This document shows, one piece after another, positions 1-8,692 of a stretch of 38,777 nucleotides of DNA. The notes under the pieces are model-generated. The model saw only the letters and a list, made by a program, of their open reading frames with translations. It did no database searches and had not been told where the DNA came from. Source of the DNA: Deltaproteobacteria bacterium (GTDB taxonomy: Bacteria; Desulfobacterota; Binatia; UBA12015); assembly GCA_046583355.1 (NCBI GenBank), contig JAYGCM010000077.1:1-38777 (forward strand), read 5' to 3'. Positions within the stretch are counted from its first letter, which is position 1; every line of letters starts with the position of its first letter. Position numbers and translations under genes: made by a program.

Positions 1-10
1 GGAGCGAGCG

Positions 11-907
11 ATGGAAGCGGCAACCAGAATCAAAGCACTTGAGGTATCACCTCTTTCCGGTTCCCTGGGAGCCGAAGTTCGCGGCCTTTCGCTGCAAGAA
101 GCGGGGCCCGATGAGGCCAAGCAGATCCGAGCCTTGCTCGACGAGCACCTGGTATTGTTCTTTCCGCAACAAGGACTGACGCCGGACGAGCATATCGTCT
201 TCGGCAACCTCTTCGGCCGCCTCGAAGCGCACCCGAACCTCCAATTCGGCGGCGAGCGACCTGAGTTCTTCGAATTGCATGCGGCAGGTGGTGCGGGTGC
301 GATCGCCGACGAATGGCATAGTGACCTGAGCTGCGAGGAGGAACCCTCGCTCCTCTCCATTCTCCATATGGTCACCTGCCCCACAGTCGGCGGCGATACG
401 ATGTGGGCCAATATGTACAAGGCCTACGAAGAATTATCGCCCGCCATGCGCGAATTCTGCGAAGGCCTCTCGGCCCTCCACGATGCTCACCCACATGGTC
501 ATCCAGAGAATATGGCCGTGCATCCGGTGGTTCGCATCAATCCCGCGACAGGGCGCAAATCGCTTTTCGTGAACGAGCATTTTACTCGGCGTATCGTCGA
601 GCTCAGCCACTACGAAAGCAATGCGCTGCTTGGCTACCTGACGAATTGGGCAACCAGCCCGAACTTCACCGTGCGGTACCGCTGGAGCGTAGGGACGGTC
701 GCCATCTGGGACAATCGCTATACGCAGCATTCTGTCCTGAATGACTTTGCCGGCGATCGGGTGATTCAGCGCGTTACCGTGATGGGCGACCGCCCCGAGG
801 CGGCGGCCCCGCCTCGCTGGGAGCCGTGCCTGGCGCCGCTCAGCGCCACCTGCCGACACGACCGGCAATTGCAGAGCTATTTGAAGAGCCGCAAAGCCGC
901 CGACTGA
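11..907 (+). CDS. TauD/TfdA family Fe(II)/2-oxoglutarate dioxygenase
   Basis: N-terminal LSGSLGAEVRG, WHSD (HxD facial triad), GGDTMWANMY, HPVVR and IWDNRYTQH...QRVT motifs typical of the TauD family; ggag RBS-like sequence upstream. Confidence 0.93.
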   Translation: MEAATRIKALEVSPLSGSLGAEVRGLSLQEAGPDEAKQIRALLDEHLVLFFPQQGLTPDEHIVFGNLFGRLEAHPNLQFGGERPEFFELHAAGGAGAIADEWHSDLSCEEEPSLLSILHMVTCPTVGGDTMWANMYKAYEELSPAMREFCEGLSALHDAHPHGHPENMAVHPVVRINPATGRKSLFVNEHFTRRIVELSHYESNALLGYLTNWATSPNFTVRYRWSVGTVAIWDNRYTQHSVLNDFAGDRVIQRVTVMGDRPEAAAPPRWEPCLAPLSATCRHDRQLQSYLKSRKAAD

Positions 908-964
908 GCCAGGAGACTTGATCGACAGCTGGGGAGGGCCGCAAAACGCAGCGCAGCAGCCACG

Positions 965-1005
965 AAAAAGGGCCGCCGGGAAAATCCCGGCGGCCCTCTT
1001 TGTTT
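965..1005. terminator. Bidirectional rho-independent terminator between convergent genes
   Basis: 12-bp perfect stem GGGCCGCCGGGA/TCCCGGCGGCCC (970-981/985-996), flanked by AAAAA on the left and TCTTTGTTT on the right. Confidence 0.88.
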
Positions 1006-1040
1006 GCGCGGCAAAAAGCCGCGGAGTCAGAAGATTCCAA

Positions 1041-1898
1041 TCAGAAGTTGACCGAATCGAGGAAGGCACCACTCGGCGACGAAGCCGCGGTGCAATCCGG
1101 GTCGGTCGAGGTCACGATGTCACAGCAGGTGCCGCCGGACGGGCCGCTGCCCATATTGCAGGCACCGCTATTGCAGTCCGAAGGCACCGTGCAGGTCTGC
1201 ACGGCGCAGGCACCGGCGACACAGACCAACGTTGAGACGTCTGCGTTGCAATCCTCATCGACCGAACAACCAAGCGAGTCGTCGTGGCCGAACATGAAGC
1301 CGGCAACCACAGACGCGAACGAGTTCGCACACGTCGTCTTGTCGGCCGTCGGGCCCGCGTCACAACCAGTGACTTCGTTGTCGGGATCCGAACCCATGTC
1401 GTTGATCGACGCATAACCGGTCTGGACCGACGTGTCGTAGATAGTGCTAGCCGCGGCGTTTCCGTTAGCGTCGCCCTTGTTCTTACCCGTGGCCTGGAAG
1501 ACGATCTTGCCGCCCTTGACCCAAAGCCGGGCCGCGTTCGTGATCTCGACAGCGCCGAGCACCGTCCAGGTCGTCTGGCTGATCGCCTCCGTCATGTTGT
1601 CCTTCGGGCCACAAAGACCCTTGGAGTCCGGATTCGACGCACAGATCAGCTTGCCGTTGCCGGCAATCTGCATCACGAAACCGCCGGTGCCGTCCTTGTC
1701 GCTACCATTTTGCTTGAGCTTCAACTTGCCGGCGCGGTCCGCCGGCATCTGGATATCGATAAGGGCGTTCAAGGCGGGCGACTGCGGCACAAAGGTCACC
1801 TGATATTTACCGGGGATGCCCGCGAGTGCCGCGGACGGCATCGCCATCCCGAGAGCCGCGATTGCGGCGAGTGCGTAATTCCATTTCCCTTTGATCAT
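1041..1898 (-). CDS. Secreted Cys-rich protein of unknown function with C-terminal SPSGAFLD motif
   Basis: Sec signal peptide (MIKGKWNYALAAIAALGMAMPSAALA), strong RBS AAGGAGG, 14 Cys of which 10 lie in the last ~75 aa, own terminator. Confidence 0.85.
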   Translation of the reverse strand: MIKGKWNYALAAIAALGMAMPSAALAGIPGKYQVTFVPQSPALNALIDIQMPADRAGKLKLKQNGSDKDGTGGFVMQIAGNGKLICASNPDSKGLCGPKDNMTEAISQTTWTVLGAVEITNAARLWVKGGKIVFQATGKNKGDANGNAAASTIYDTSVQTGYASINDMGSDPDNEVTGCDAGPTADKTTCANSFASVVAGFMFGHDDSLGCSVDEDCNADVSTLVCVAGACAVQTCTVPSDCNSGACNMGSGPSGGTCCDIVTSTDPDCTAASSPSGAFLDSVNF

Positions 1899-1928
1899 GG
1901 AGATCCTCCTTCAGAAGGTCGTGTGGTG

Positions 1929-1966
1929 GGGTCTCCCCGCGGATTACGAATCGCGCTGGGGAGCCC
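1929..1966 (-). promoter_or_regulatory. Stem-loop in the probable 5' leader of the SPSGAFLD-protein gene
   Basis: Plus strand gggtctccccgcggatt-acg-aatcgcgctggggagccc folds into a bulged ~16-bp hairpin, ~30 nt upstream of the ATG. Confidence 0.5.
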
Positions 1967-2183
1967 GAGTTAACTTGGTTGCCAGCATACTCCGACATCT
2001 GGCCCTCTGCGGTCAAGTCCTCTTGTTAGTCTGCGCCGGCCGAATGGCATTTTTTTCATAAACGTCTCGTATACTGAGACACGGCAGCCGCCAAAGCGAA
2101 GCATCAGCAAACGCACCCGCAGAGGCGAGCTTGCAGACTTCCTGTTGGAAGCCGGTAGTCATTAGGCTATCTCGGCTTACATA

Positions 2184-3350
2184 ATGCTCAAAGCTGCCTT
2201 CTCCTGCCATTCGCTCCACGTCGCGCTAGCCGCCACCCTTCTCCTCGCAGGAGGGCTTGGCGGATGCGAGAATTCCACCACCAAAGAGAAGCCCGGCCTC
2301 GCAGCGCCCCTACCGAACCCCCTTGAGCGGACCGTCGCTCGCCTCGTCGAGGAGGTCCGGGCGGATCCAGAAAACGAGACCAGCGCCGCCGGGCTGATCA
2401 GCCTGCGCGAAGACGGCCTTCCCGGCGGCCGCCGTCTATTGGCCGACCCCGATGCCGAGGTTCGACTCGCCGGGGTTGGTATCATCAAGGAAATCATCCT
2501 TCCGGACTCCCTGACCGCCCTCACCGAGAACCTCGGTGACGACGACGAAGACGTCCGCCTCGCGATCGTCGAAGCGCTCGGTGAATGGGGCAACCAGCGT
2601 GCCGTGCCCGGACTTCTCGAGCACTACCCGCTCGAAGAGAATGATCAGGTCCGCTACGAGATCCTCACATCGCTCGGCCTCATCGGCGACGCCCGAGCCC
2701 TGCCGCTGCTGCACGCCGGCACGGCGGACGAGGACCGCTACGTGCGCATGTGGGCCATGGATGCCCTTTGCGAGATGCGGGCAGACGATGCTCGCGACCG
2801 TGCCCTCGTTCTACTGAGAGATCCGGAGAGCTACGTCCGCCAGCAGGTATTGCTCTCCTGCAAGAGAGCCCTCGACCACCCGGCCGCAGCCGAACGGCTT
2901 GCGCGTATCATGCTTGAGGCGCGCAGCTTCGAAGAGGCAATGCGGGCCCTGAAAGTACTGCGCCGACAACTCGACGGCGCGAATGCCACGCTCGCGAAGG
3001 CGACGATCCTGAAACACACCTTGCCGGCCCTCGACGGCGAGCACGCCACGCGCGCCGGCCTCCTCCTCGCCGAGCTCGACGATGCCCGCGCGGTGCCCAC
3101 CTTGCTCCTCGGCACCAAGGACACCCACCAGATGGTACGCCACAACGCCGCCTACCACCTCGGCCGGCTCGGCGACCCGGCGGCCGTGCCCGCGCTTGCC
3201 GCCCTCCTGAACGACGACTCGGATTTCGTCGCCGCCACCGCCTACGACTCCCTGCTGGTCTTCGCCAAACGCGGCAACGAAAAGGCTCTGGCCGAAACCG
3301 CCCACTTCACCGGCACAAAGTTCAATCGCAGCCTGCAGGAAGCGAAATAA
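2184..3350 (+). CDS. HEAT-repeat (PBS-lyase-like) lipoprotein
   Basis: Hydrophobic signal ending in lipobox LGG-C; repeated D-x-D-x-x-VR-x-x-A-x-x-ALG units. Confidence 0.85.
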   Translation: MLKAAFSCHSLHVALAATLLLAGGLGGCENSTTKEKPGLAAPLPNPLERTVARLVEEVRADPENETSAAGLISLREDGLPGGRRLLADPDAEVRLAGVGIIKEIILPDSLTALTENLGDDDEDVRLAIVEALGEWGNQRAVPGLLEHYPLEENDQVRYEILTSLGLIGDARALPLLHAGTADEDRYVRMWAMDALCEMRADDARDRALVLLRDPESYVRQQVLLSCKRALDHPAAAERLARIMLEARSFEEAMRALKVLRRQLDGANATLAKATILKHTLPALDGEHATRAGLLLAELDDARAVPTLLLGTKDTHQMVRHNAAYHLGRLGDPAAVPALAALLNDDSDFVAATAYDSLLVFAKRGNEKALAETAHFTGTKFNRSLQEAK

Positions 3351-3357
3351 GGCGCTT

Positions 3358-4446
3358 TCAGGCTACCTCGGCGGGCAGGGCGAGAATCACGCCGAGGCTC
3401 GGATCGATGCGCCCCTCGAGCATCTGATGATAGGCCGCGGCAACGGCCGCCTCACCGCTGCTCTCCGCGAGATGCAACCAGCCGCGGCAGGGCTTGAGGA
3501 AGGCCTCCCAGGCAGCCTTCTGGCGCGCCGCGAGACCCGCGGCGCCCCATTCGGCCAGGCGCTTCTCGACCTGAGTCGGGGCGAAGAAGAATTCCGGCGT
3601 CGCCCCCGGCAGATCGGCTTCGCTCCCCTGCTCCTCCCAATGCGTGAGGCCGACCTGACAATGATATTGGAGCGCATCGGCAAAGTGGCGGTGCAGCGCG
3701 GCGCCCACCTTTCCGTTGCCGGACATATCGACCAAAGTGGTCGGGCCGGCAGCATCGAGCTCCGCGACCTGATCATAGGTGAGCACGCGATCGTAGCAGC
3801 CCAGCCCGGTGGTGAAGGCCAGATTCCCCGGTGAGGTGAGCCCGATCACCTGGGGCCGCCCCTGCGGCCGGGCGGCCAGGCAATGGGCGAGGCTGAACGC
3901 CGTCTTGCTCGAAGCGCTGAGAATCACCACCGCTTCGCTGCCGAAGAATTCGTGATCGCTGAGGAAATCGTCGATCAGCCAGCCGGTCAGAAAGAGGACG
4001 CGAAGCAGCATCATCCACGCCTCGTCTTCGCTCTCACTCGCCTCGGGCAGGCGTTCGTAGCGGTTGTAGATCGGCGGCAAAGCCGCTCGATGCGCCGCAC
4101 CATCCACGACCGAATGATTCGTCAGCTCCGCGCCCTTAATATCCAGATGCGTCGACATCGGCAGGTAGCCGAAATAGCGATCCCCCACGCTCACGCCGGC
4201 CACGCGCGAGGCCTCGACCCGGGCGATGCCCCAGACCGGGATCCTCCCCCAGCCCTCTTCGGCCGGGAAGAAATTCCAGTAGCCGATCAAATCTCCGGCC
4301 ACGCCATAAGTGATATTATTGGCCGTCAGTGCAAAGCGCTCGACGACAAAGCGGATATGGCCATCGGCCAGCTCGGCGGCGCTTTCGCCTTGGAAACGGC
4401 TCTTGCGCAAATCCGTCCGATCCACCTGAAAATCAACTCCCGCCAT
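3358..4446 (-). CDS. DUF2855 family protein
   Basis: FALTANNITYG, YWNFFP, GRIPVWG, YFGYLPMS, SASSKTA, IGLTS and FFFAP motifs; ATG at 4446 with GGAGG RBS preferred over 4479. Confidence 0.88.
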   Translation of the reverse strand: MAGVDFQVDRTDLRKSRFQGESAAELADGHIRFVVERFALTANNITYGVAGDLIGYWNFFPAEEGWGRIPVWGIARVEASRVAGVSVGDRYFGYLPMSTHLDIKGAELTNHSVVDGAAHRAALPPIYNRYERLPEASESEDEAWMMLLRVLFLTGWLIDDFLSDHEFFGSEAVVILSASSKTAFSLAHCLAARPQGRPQVIGLTSPGNLAFTTGLGCYDRVLTYDQVAELDAAGPTTLVDMSGNGKVGAALHRHFADALQYHCQVGLTHWEEQGSEADLPGATPEFFFAPTQVEKRLAEWGAAGLAARQKAAWEAFLKPCRGWLHLAESSGEAAVAAAYHQMLEGRIDPSLGVILALPAEVA

Positions 4447-4605
4447 CACGAATTCCCTCCCGAATGCCACCGTTATCATGATCGAGGAGAGTCACGCCAA
4501 TTCCACCGAGCAAATAGGGGGCGACGCGGTCGTTCTACAGAGGCGAACAGGGAGAATCACCAAGAACCCTCCGGGCGGGGGAAGGAGAACTTCCGATGGT
4601 CAGCG

Positions 4606-4648
4606 ATACCGTGTAGATCGAGAGTTGAACTCTCGATCTACACGGTAT
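4606..4648. repeat. Perfect 21-bp inverted repeat with 1-nt spacer (possible operator or hairpin)
   Basis: ATACCGTGTAGATCGAGAGTT-G-AACTCTCGATCTACACGGTAT. Confidence 0.95.
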
Positions 4649-4655
4649 GACCTGC

Positions 4656-4812
4656 ATGGTTGCACGGGCGATAGAGCAGGAGTTTCGGACCCTCTTGCGT
4701 AAGTATCCGGTGGTTACCGTGATGGGGCCGGGAGCTCACGGCAATCGAGATCAAGAGTTAACAGACCTTCCACCCTTCGATGCTTCGGAATCTGGAACAC
4801 ATCGGCCGCCTA
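4656..4812 (+). pseudogene. Internally deleted AAA-ATPase/DUF4143 family gene remnant
   Basis: N-terminus MVARAIEQEFRTLLRKYPVVTVMGP (breaks at the Walker A start) joined out of frame to the C-terminal segment ELTAIEIKS*QTFHPSMLRNLEHI, with a TAA at 4759-4761. Confidence 0.75.
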
Positions 4813-4822
4813 GAGGTCCGGA

Positions 4823-5584
4823 CTATTTCTTCTCGTCCTTGAAGTCCGCGTCGCGTTTCTGAACGAAGGCGTTGCGTGCCTCCTGCGAGTCGGCTGATGT
4901 GTAGAGTTCCAGCGTGAAGCCCTGCTCGAAGCGATAGGATTTTTTTACATCCAGGAGCTCGATGCCGTTGAGGGATTCCTTGGCGAGATGCACTGCCTTG
5001 GGGCTTTTGGCGGCAATCGACTCGGCGACACGGCGCGCTGCCGGCAGGAGATTCTCGCGCGTCGTCACCTCTTCGAGTGCTCCCAGGCGGTAGGCTTCGG
5101 CCGCTGTGATCGACTCGCCGGTCAGCAGCATCTTGCGTGCCTTGGCCATGCCGAACATGCGGTAGAGGTGGGTCGCCGCACCCAGCGCCCCACGGTCGAT
5201 CTCGGGCAGGCCGAAGGTCGCGTCTTCGGACGCAAAAACAATATCCGACGCACCCGACATGCCGATGCCGCCGCCGAGGCAGAAGCCATGCACGGCCGTG
5301 ACAACCGGTACCTTGCAATCGTAGATGGCCGCGAAGGTATCGTAGCAACCCTTGTTGACCTTGGTGATGGCAGTCGAATCGCGGGCGAGTTCCTTGATAT
5401 CGACGCCGGCCTGAAAGCCGCGCCCCTCGGCCGAAAGCAACACCACACGGGCGGCCTCGTCTTCGCTCAGGCGCGTGAAGAGTGCGGCAAGCTCGGCCCA
5501 GGTCGCGCTATCAAACGCGTTGACGGGCGGGACATTCATCACGACGTGAGCAACGCCGTCTTGGATCGTGGTCTCAATACCCAT
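4823..5584 (-). CDS. echA20: Enoyl-CoA hydratase, EchA20-like (HIP/steroid C-D ring catabolism)
   Basis: PPVNA, GRGFQAGVDIKE, VHGFCLGGGIG, FGLPEIDRGALGAATHL, KSYRFEQGFT motifs; directly downstream of ipdAB. Confidence 0.85.
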   Translation of the reverse strand: MGIETTIQDGVAHVVMNVPPVNAFDSATWAELAALFTRLSEDEAARVVLLSAEGRGFQAGVDIKELARDSTAITKVNKGCYDTFAAIYDCKVPVVTAVHGFCLGGGIGMSGASDIVFASEDATFGLPEIDRGALGAATHLYRMFGMAKARKMLLTGESITAAEAYRLGALEEVTTRENLLPAARRVAESIAAKSPKAVHLAKESLNGIELLDVKKSYRFEQGFTLELYTSADSQEARNAFVQKRDADFKDEKK

Positions 5585-5597
5585 CGGTCTGGCCTCT

Positions 5598-6383
5598 CTA
5601 CTTTTTCTCGGGGAAGACGCTGGCGCGCAGGCCATTCACGTCGATCACATCACGGATAAGCCGCAATTGCTCCTGGTCCGGTCCCGGTGTCTCGCCAAGG
5701 CCTTCGGCCACGGCAAGCGGAAAGGAGGTCGCCTCCTGCACATCGTCGATGGTCACGCCGGGGTGCAGACTCACGATCCGCATCTGGTGGTCGGGTCCGC
5801 CCCAATCGAGCACAGCGAGGTTGGTCACGCAGCGCCGCAGGTCCATGAAGCTCTTGTTCATACCGGCCTTCCAGCGCGCCGGATTATGCCCCACACCCGA
5901 AACCATATCGACCTCGGAGACGAGCGTGCGTTTGCCGTGGTTGGGCAGGAAGAAGCTCGAGGGATGGTTGATCGAGTTGCCGGGAATGCCGCGCACGCCA
6001 AGCAATTGTACCTTGGGCTGGTCCCTATCGCCGATCAAAGAAATATTCTGCTGGCCCCAGCGGTCGAGCTGGGTCGGCATATTCATGCAATGACGCCGGC
6101 CGCCCCAGAGCAGGTCGAAAACAGCGCGGAAGGGCAGCCAGCCTTCGACCTTGAGCTGATAATCGCCGCGCGGCCCCGGCGGGATGGGCTCGGAGACCAG
6201 CGTACATTCGGAGTCATTGAGCAGCAGATCGGGCGAAAAGGTGAGCTTGGCGAGCCCGACACCGAGGCGCGGCACCAGGCCCATGCCAGAGGCGAGAATT
6301 TCAGAGTCTTCGCGAAACGCTTCAGCACAGGCCGTGATGCAGAGCTCCGCAAGCGAATAATCTTTGCCTTCGAGATTCGCCAT
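5598..6383 (-). CDS. ipdB: IpdB, CoA-transferase-like beta subunit (COCHEA-CoA hydrolase)
   Basis: AELCITACAEAFR, EGWLPFRAVFD, GRRH, QLDRWGQQNIS, GVRGIPGNSINH, SLHPGVT..VQEATSFPL match recalled actinobacterial IpdB motifs. Confidence 0.85.
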   Translation of the reverse strand: MANLEGKDYSLAELCITACAEAFREDSEILASGMGLVPRLGVGLAKLTFSPDLLLNDSECTLVSEPIPPGPRGDYQLKVEGWLPFRAVFDLLWGGRRHCMNMPTQLDRWGQQNISLIGDRDQPKVQLLGVRGIPGNSINHPSSFFLPNHGKRTLVSEVDMVSGVGHNPARWKAGMNKSFMDLRRCVTNLAVLDWGGPDHQMRIVSLHPGVTIDDVQEATSFPLAVAEGLGETPGPDQEQLRLIRDVIDVNGLRASVFPEKK

Positions 6384-6385
6384 GA

Positions 6386-7267
6386 TCAGAATACCGGCGC
6401 GGCAATCGCGCTGATTTTGTCGGCCCCGCCGACAGCTTCAAGATAATCCGCCGGATCGAGCTCGAGGAATTTGCCGACGTAATCAGCAAAGCCACCCTCC
6501 ACCTTCGCCGCGGCCGAATAGATTTTCAGATGGTCGACGTCGATCCCGTATTTCGGCACGCAACTGGTCGGATGCGCACCGAAGGGTGCCTCGATCACGC
6601 CATCCACCAAAGTGCGGTTGAGCACCATCGAGTGGATGCAGCCCCGCGCCGTCATCTCCTCGGTGGGCAGGATCTCCTCGCAGCTGACGAAGCGCTGGGT
6701 CGCCGCGGCGCAGAAGAGATCGTCAAAATACGGATCGGGGCCGAGGATCTGGCCGTTGCCGCGCGCGTCCAAATGGTCGACATGGCAGAGTGCCGCGTCG
6801 AGTTTCAACGCCGGCATCGCCATCAGCACCTCGCCGTCGGCGTAAGGCGACTGAATCGTCTTGATCTCGGGGTTGAGCGTCTCGACGTCGGTGGCCAGGC
6901 CGGCATGCGTCGGCAGGAAGGGCAGACGCAAGGCGGCGGCGCGCAGGCCCCATTGCAGCATGCCTTCGTCGAGCTCCATGATATTCTTCATATTACCGGC
7001 TTGACGAGCGGCGCGGAAATGGGCGTCAAGGGCGATCAGGTCGAGCGAGACAAAGCCGAAGACCAGCCGCGCCACCTTGCCGGCGGCGCAGAGCATGCCG
7101 ACATCCGGCCCGCCATACGCAACGATTGTCAGGTCCTTCAGGTCAGAACGGACCAATTCGCGCACCAGCGCCATCGGCTTGCGCCGGGCACCCCATCCTC
7201 CGATACCGATCGTCATGCCGTCTTCGAGACGACCGACCACATCGGCTGCGGTCATTCGCTTGTCCAT
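6386..7267 (-). CDS. ipdA: IpdA, CoA-transferase-like alpha subunit
   Basis: MDKRMT..DGMTIGIGGWGARRKPMALVR, YGGPDVG, GFVSLD, ELDEGM (catalytic Glu region), LPFLP.AGL, GPDPYFDDLF, GAHPTSC. Confidence 0.88.
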   Translation of the reverse strand: MDKRMTAADVVGRLEDGMTIGIGGWGARRKPMALVRELVRSDLKDLTIVAYGGPDVGMLCAAGKVARLVFGFVSLDLIALDAHFRAARQAGNMKNIMELDEGMLQWGLRAAALRLPFLPTHAGLATDVETLNPEIKTIQSPYADGEVLMAMPALKLDAALCHVDHLDARGNGQILGPDPYFDDLFCAAATQRFVSCEEILPTEEMTARGCIHSMVLNRTLVDGVIEAPFGAHPTSCVPKYGIDVDHLKIYSAAAKVEGGFADYVGKFLELDPADYLEAVGGADKISAIAAPVF

Positions 7268-7435
7268 CAAAAAGCCTCGTTTCCCGGTAAAATTCCGCCG
7301 CCCGGTGAGAACCGCCAGGCGCCGCAAAACCTAGCAAGGCACTCCCGCAGCGCCAAGTTCACTGAACGCGTGTCCAGCAGGAGTGGCCGGCCGCGGGACT
7401 TTCGCAAGCCGGGCCTGCCAGCGTAGAGTCCCTGC

Positions 7436-8692
7436 ATGGGAGAAGTTCTGGAATTGGCAGAGCGTGCCTGGAATGGCGGACTCGAAGAAACCCAGGTCCA
7501 CCCGGGCACAGCCCTGGTCGGCTTCGAGGAGCTTGGCACCGGCCTGGGCTTCATGTCCGCTTTCTCCAATGTCGGCCTCCTCGACACCGACGAAGGCCTG
7601 GTCTTCCTCGATACGTCGAGTTTCTTCCACGCCGCCCAGCTCTTCGCGAACGTGCGCCGCTGGTCCGCCAAGCGTGTGCATACAGCGGTTTATACGCACG
7701 GCCATGTCGATCATGTTTTTGGCCTCCGCCCCTTTGAAGAAGAAGCCCGCGACAAGGGCGAAGCACCGACGCGCGTCATCGCGCACGAGGCCTGCCCGGC
7801 GCGCTTCGACCGCTATATCCTGACCAACGGCTACAATGGGATCATCAACCAGCGGCAATTCGGATTCGAAAAGCCCGTCTTCCCGCGCAAATACCGCTAC
7901 CCCGACGAAACCCTCCGCGACTCCCGCAGCATCGAGGTCGGCGGCATCGAAATCCGTCTCTTCCATGACAAGGGCGAGACCGACGACCATGTCTGGGCCT
8001 TCATCCCTTCACAGAATGCCATCTATACCGGCGACCTTTTCATCTGGGCCTCGCCGAATTGCGGCAACCCGCAGAAGGTACAGCGCTTCCCGCGCGAATG
8101 GGCGCATGCGTTGCGGCGCATGGCCAAGCTCGGTGCCAGCACGCTCATGCCGGGCCACGGCCCGGTCATCCTGGGAGAGGCGCGGGTGCGCCAGGCGCTC
8201 ACCGAAGCCGCCGAGTTGCTCGAGACGATCATCGAGCAAACGCTGCGGCTGATGAACGAAGGCGCACGCCTCGACGATGTGGTGAGCGGCGTCGTGATGC
8301 CCGAAGAACTACTGGCGCGGCCGTATCTGCGGCCGACCTATGACGATCCGCGTTTCATCGTCCGCAACCTCTGGCGGCTCTACGGCGGCTGGTATGACGG
8401 CAACCCGGCCCATCTCCTGCCGGCTCCGGAGCGCGATCTGGCGCGTACCTTGGCCGAATTGGCCGGCGGCGCGGCCAGCCTGATTGCCCGGGCCGAGCGC
8501 GAAGCCGCCGAGGATCGCCTCGATATCGCCTGCCACCTGGTCGAGCTGGCCGCACAGGCCGAGCCCGACAACGCGCGTGTTCATGCAGCCCGAGCCCGTG
8601 TCTACCGCGCCCGCGTCCAAGCCGAGATGAGCCTGATGTCCAAGGGCGTCTTCGGCGCCGCCGCGCGCGACAGCGAAGCCGCCGCGGACTGA
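7436..8692 (+). CDS. Metallo-beta-lactamase fold hydrolase, alkyl sulfatase (SdsA-like) family with dimerisation domain
   Basis: THGHVDH (HxHxDH), GETDDH, TGDLF, PNCGNPQKVQR, PGHGP, YGGWYDGNPAHL. Confidence 0.88.
   Translation: MGEVLELAERAWNGGLEETQVHPGTALVGFEELGTGLGFMSAFSNVGLLDTDEGLVFLDTSSFFHAAQLFANVRRWSAKRVHTAVYTHGHVDHVFGLRPFEEEARDKGEAPTRVIAHEACPARFDRYILTNGYNGIINQRQFGFEKPVFPRKYRYPDETLRDSRSIEVGGIEIRLFHDKGETDDHVWAFIPSQNAIYTGDLFIWASPNCGNPQKVQRFPREWAHALRRMAKLGASTLMPGHGPVILGEARVRQALTEAAELLETIIEQTLRLMNEGARLDDVVSGVVMPEELLARPYLRPTYDDPRFIVRNLWRLYGGWYDGNPAHLLPAPERDLARTLAELAGGAASLIARAEREAAEDRLDIACHLVELAAQAEPDNARVHAARARVYRARVQAEMSLMSKGVFGAAARDSEAAAD

Noticed and set aside
1984..2016. TTGACC...TATGCT sigma70 promoter for the SPSGAFLD gene
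   Set aside because: The spacer is 21 nt, too long for a canonical promoter.
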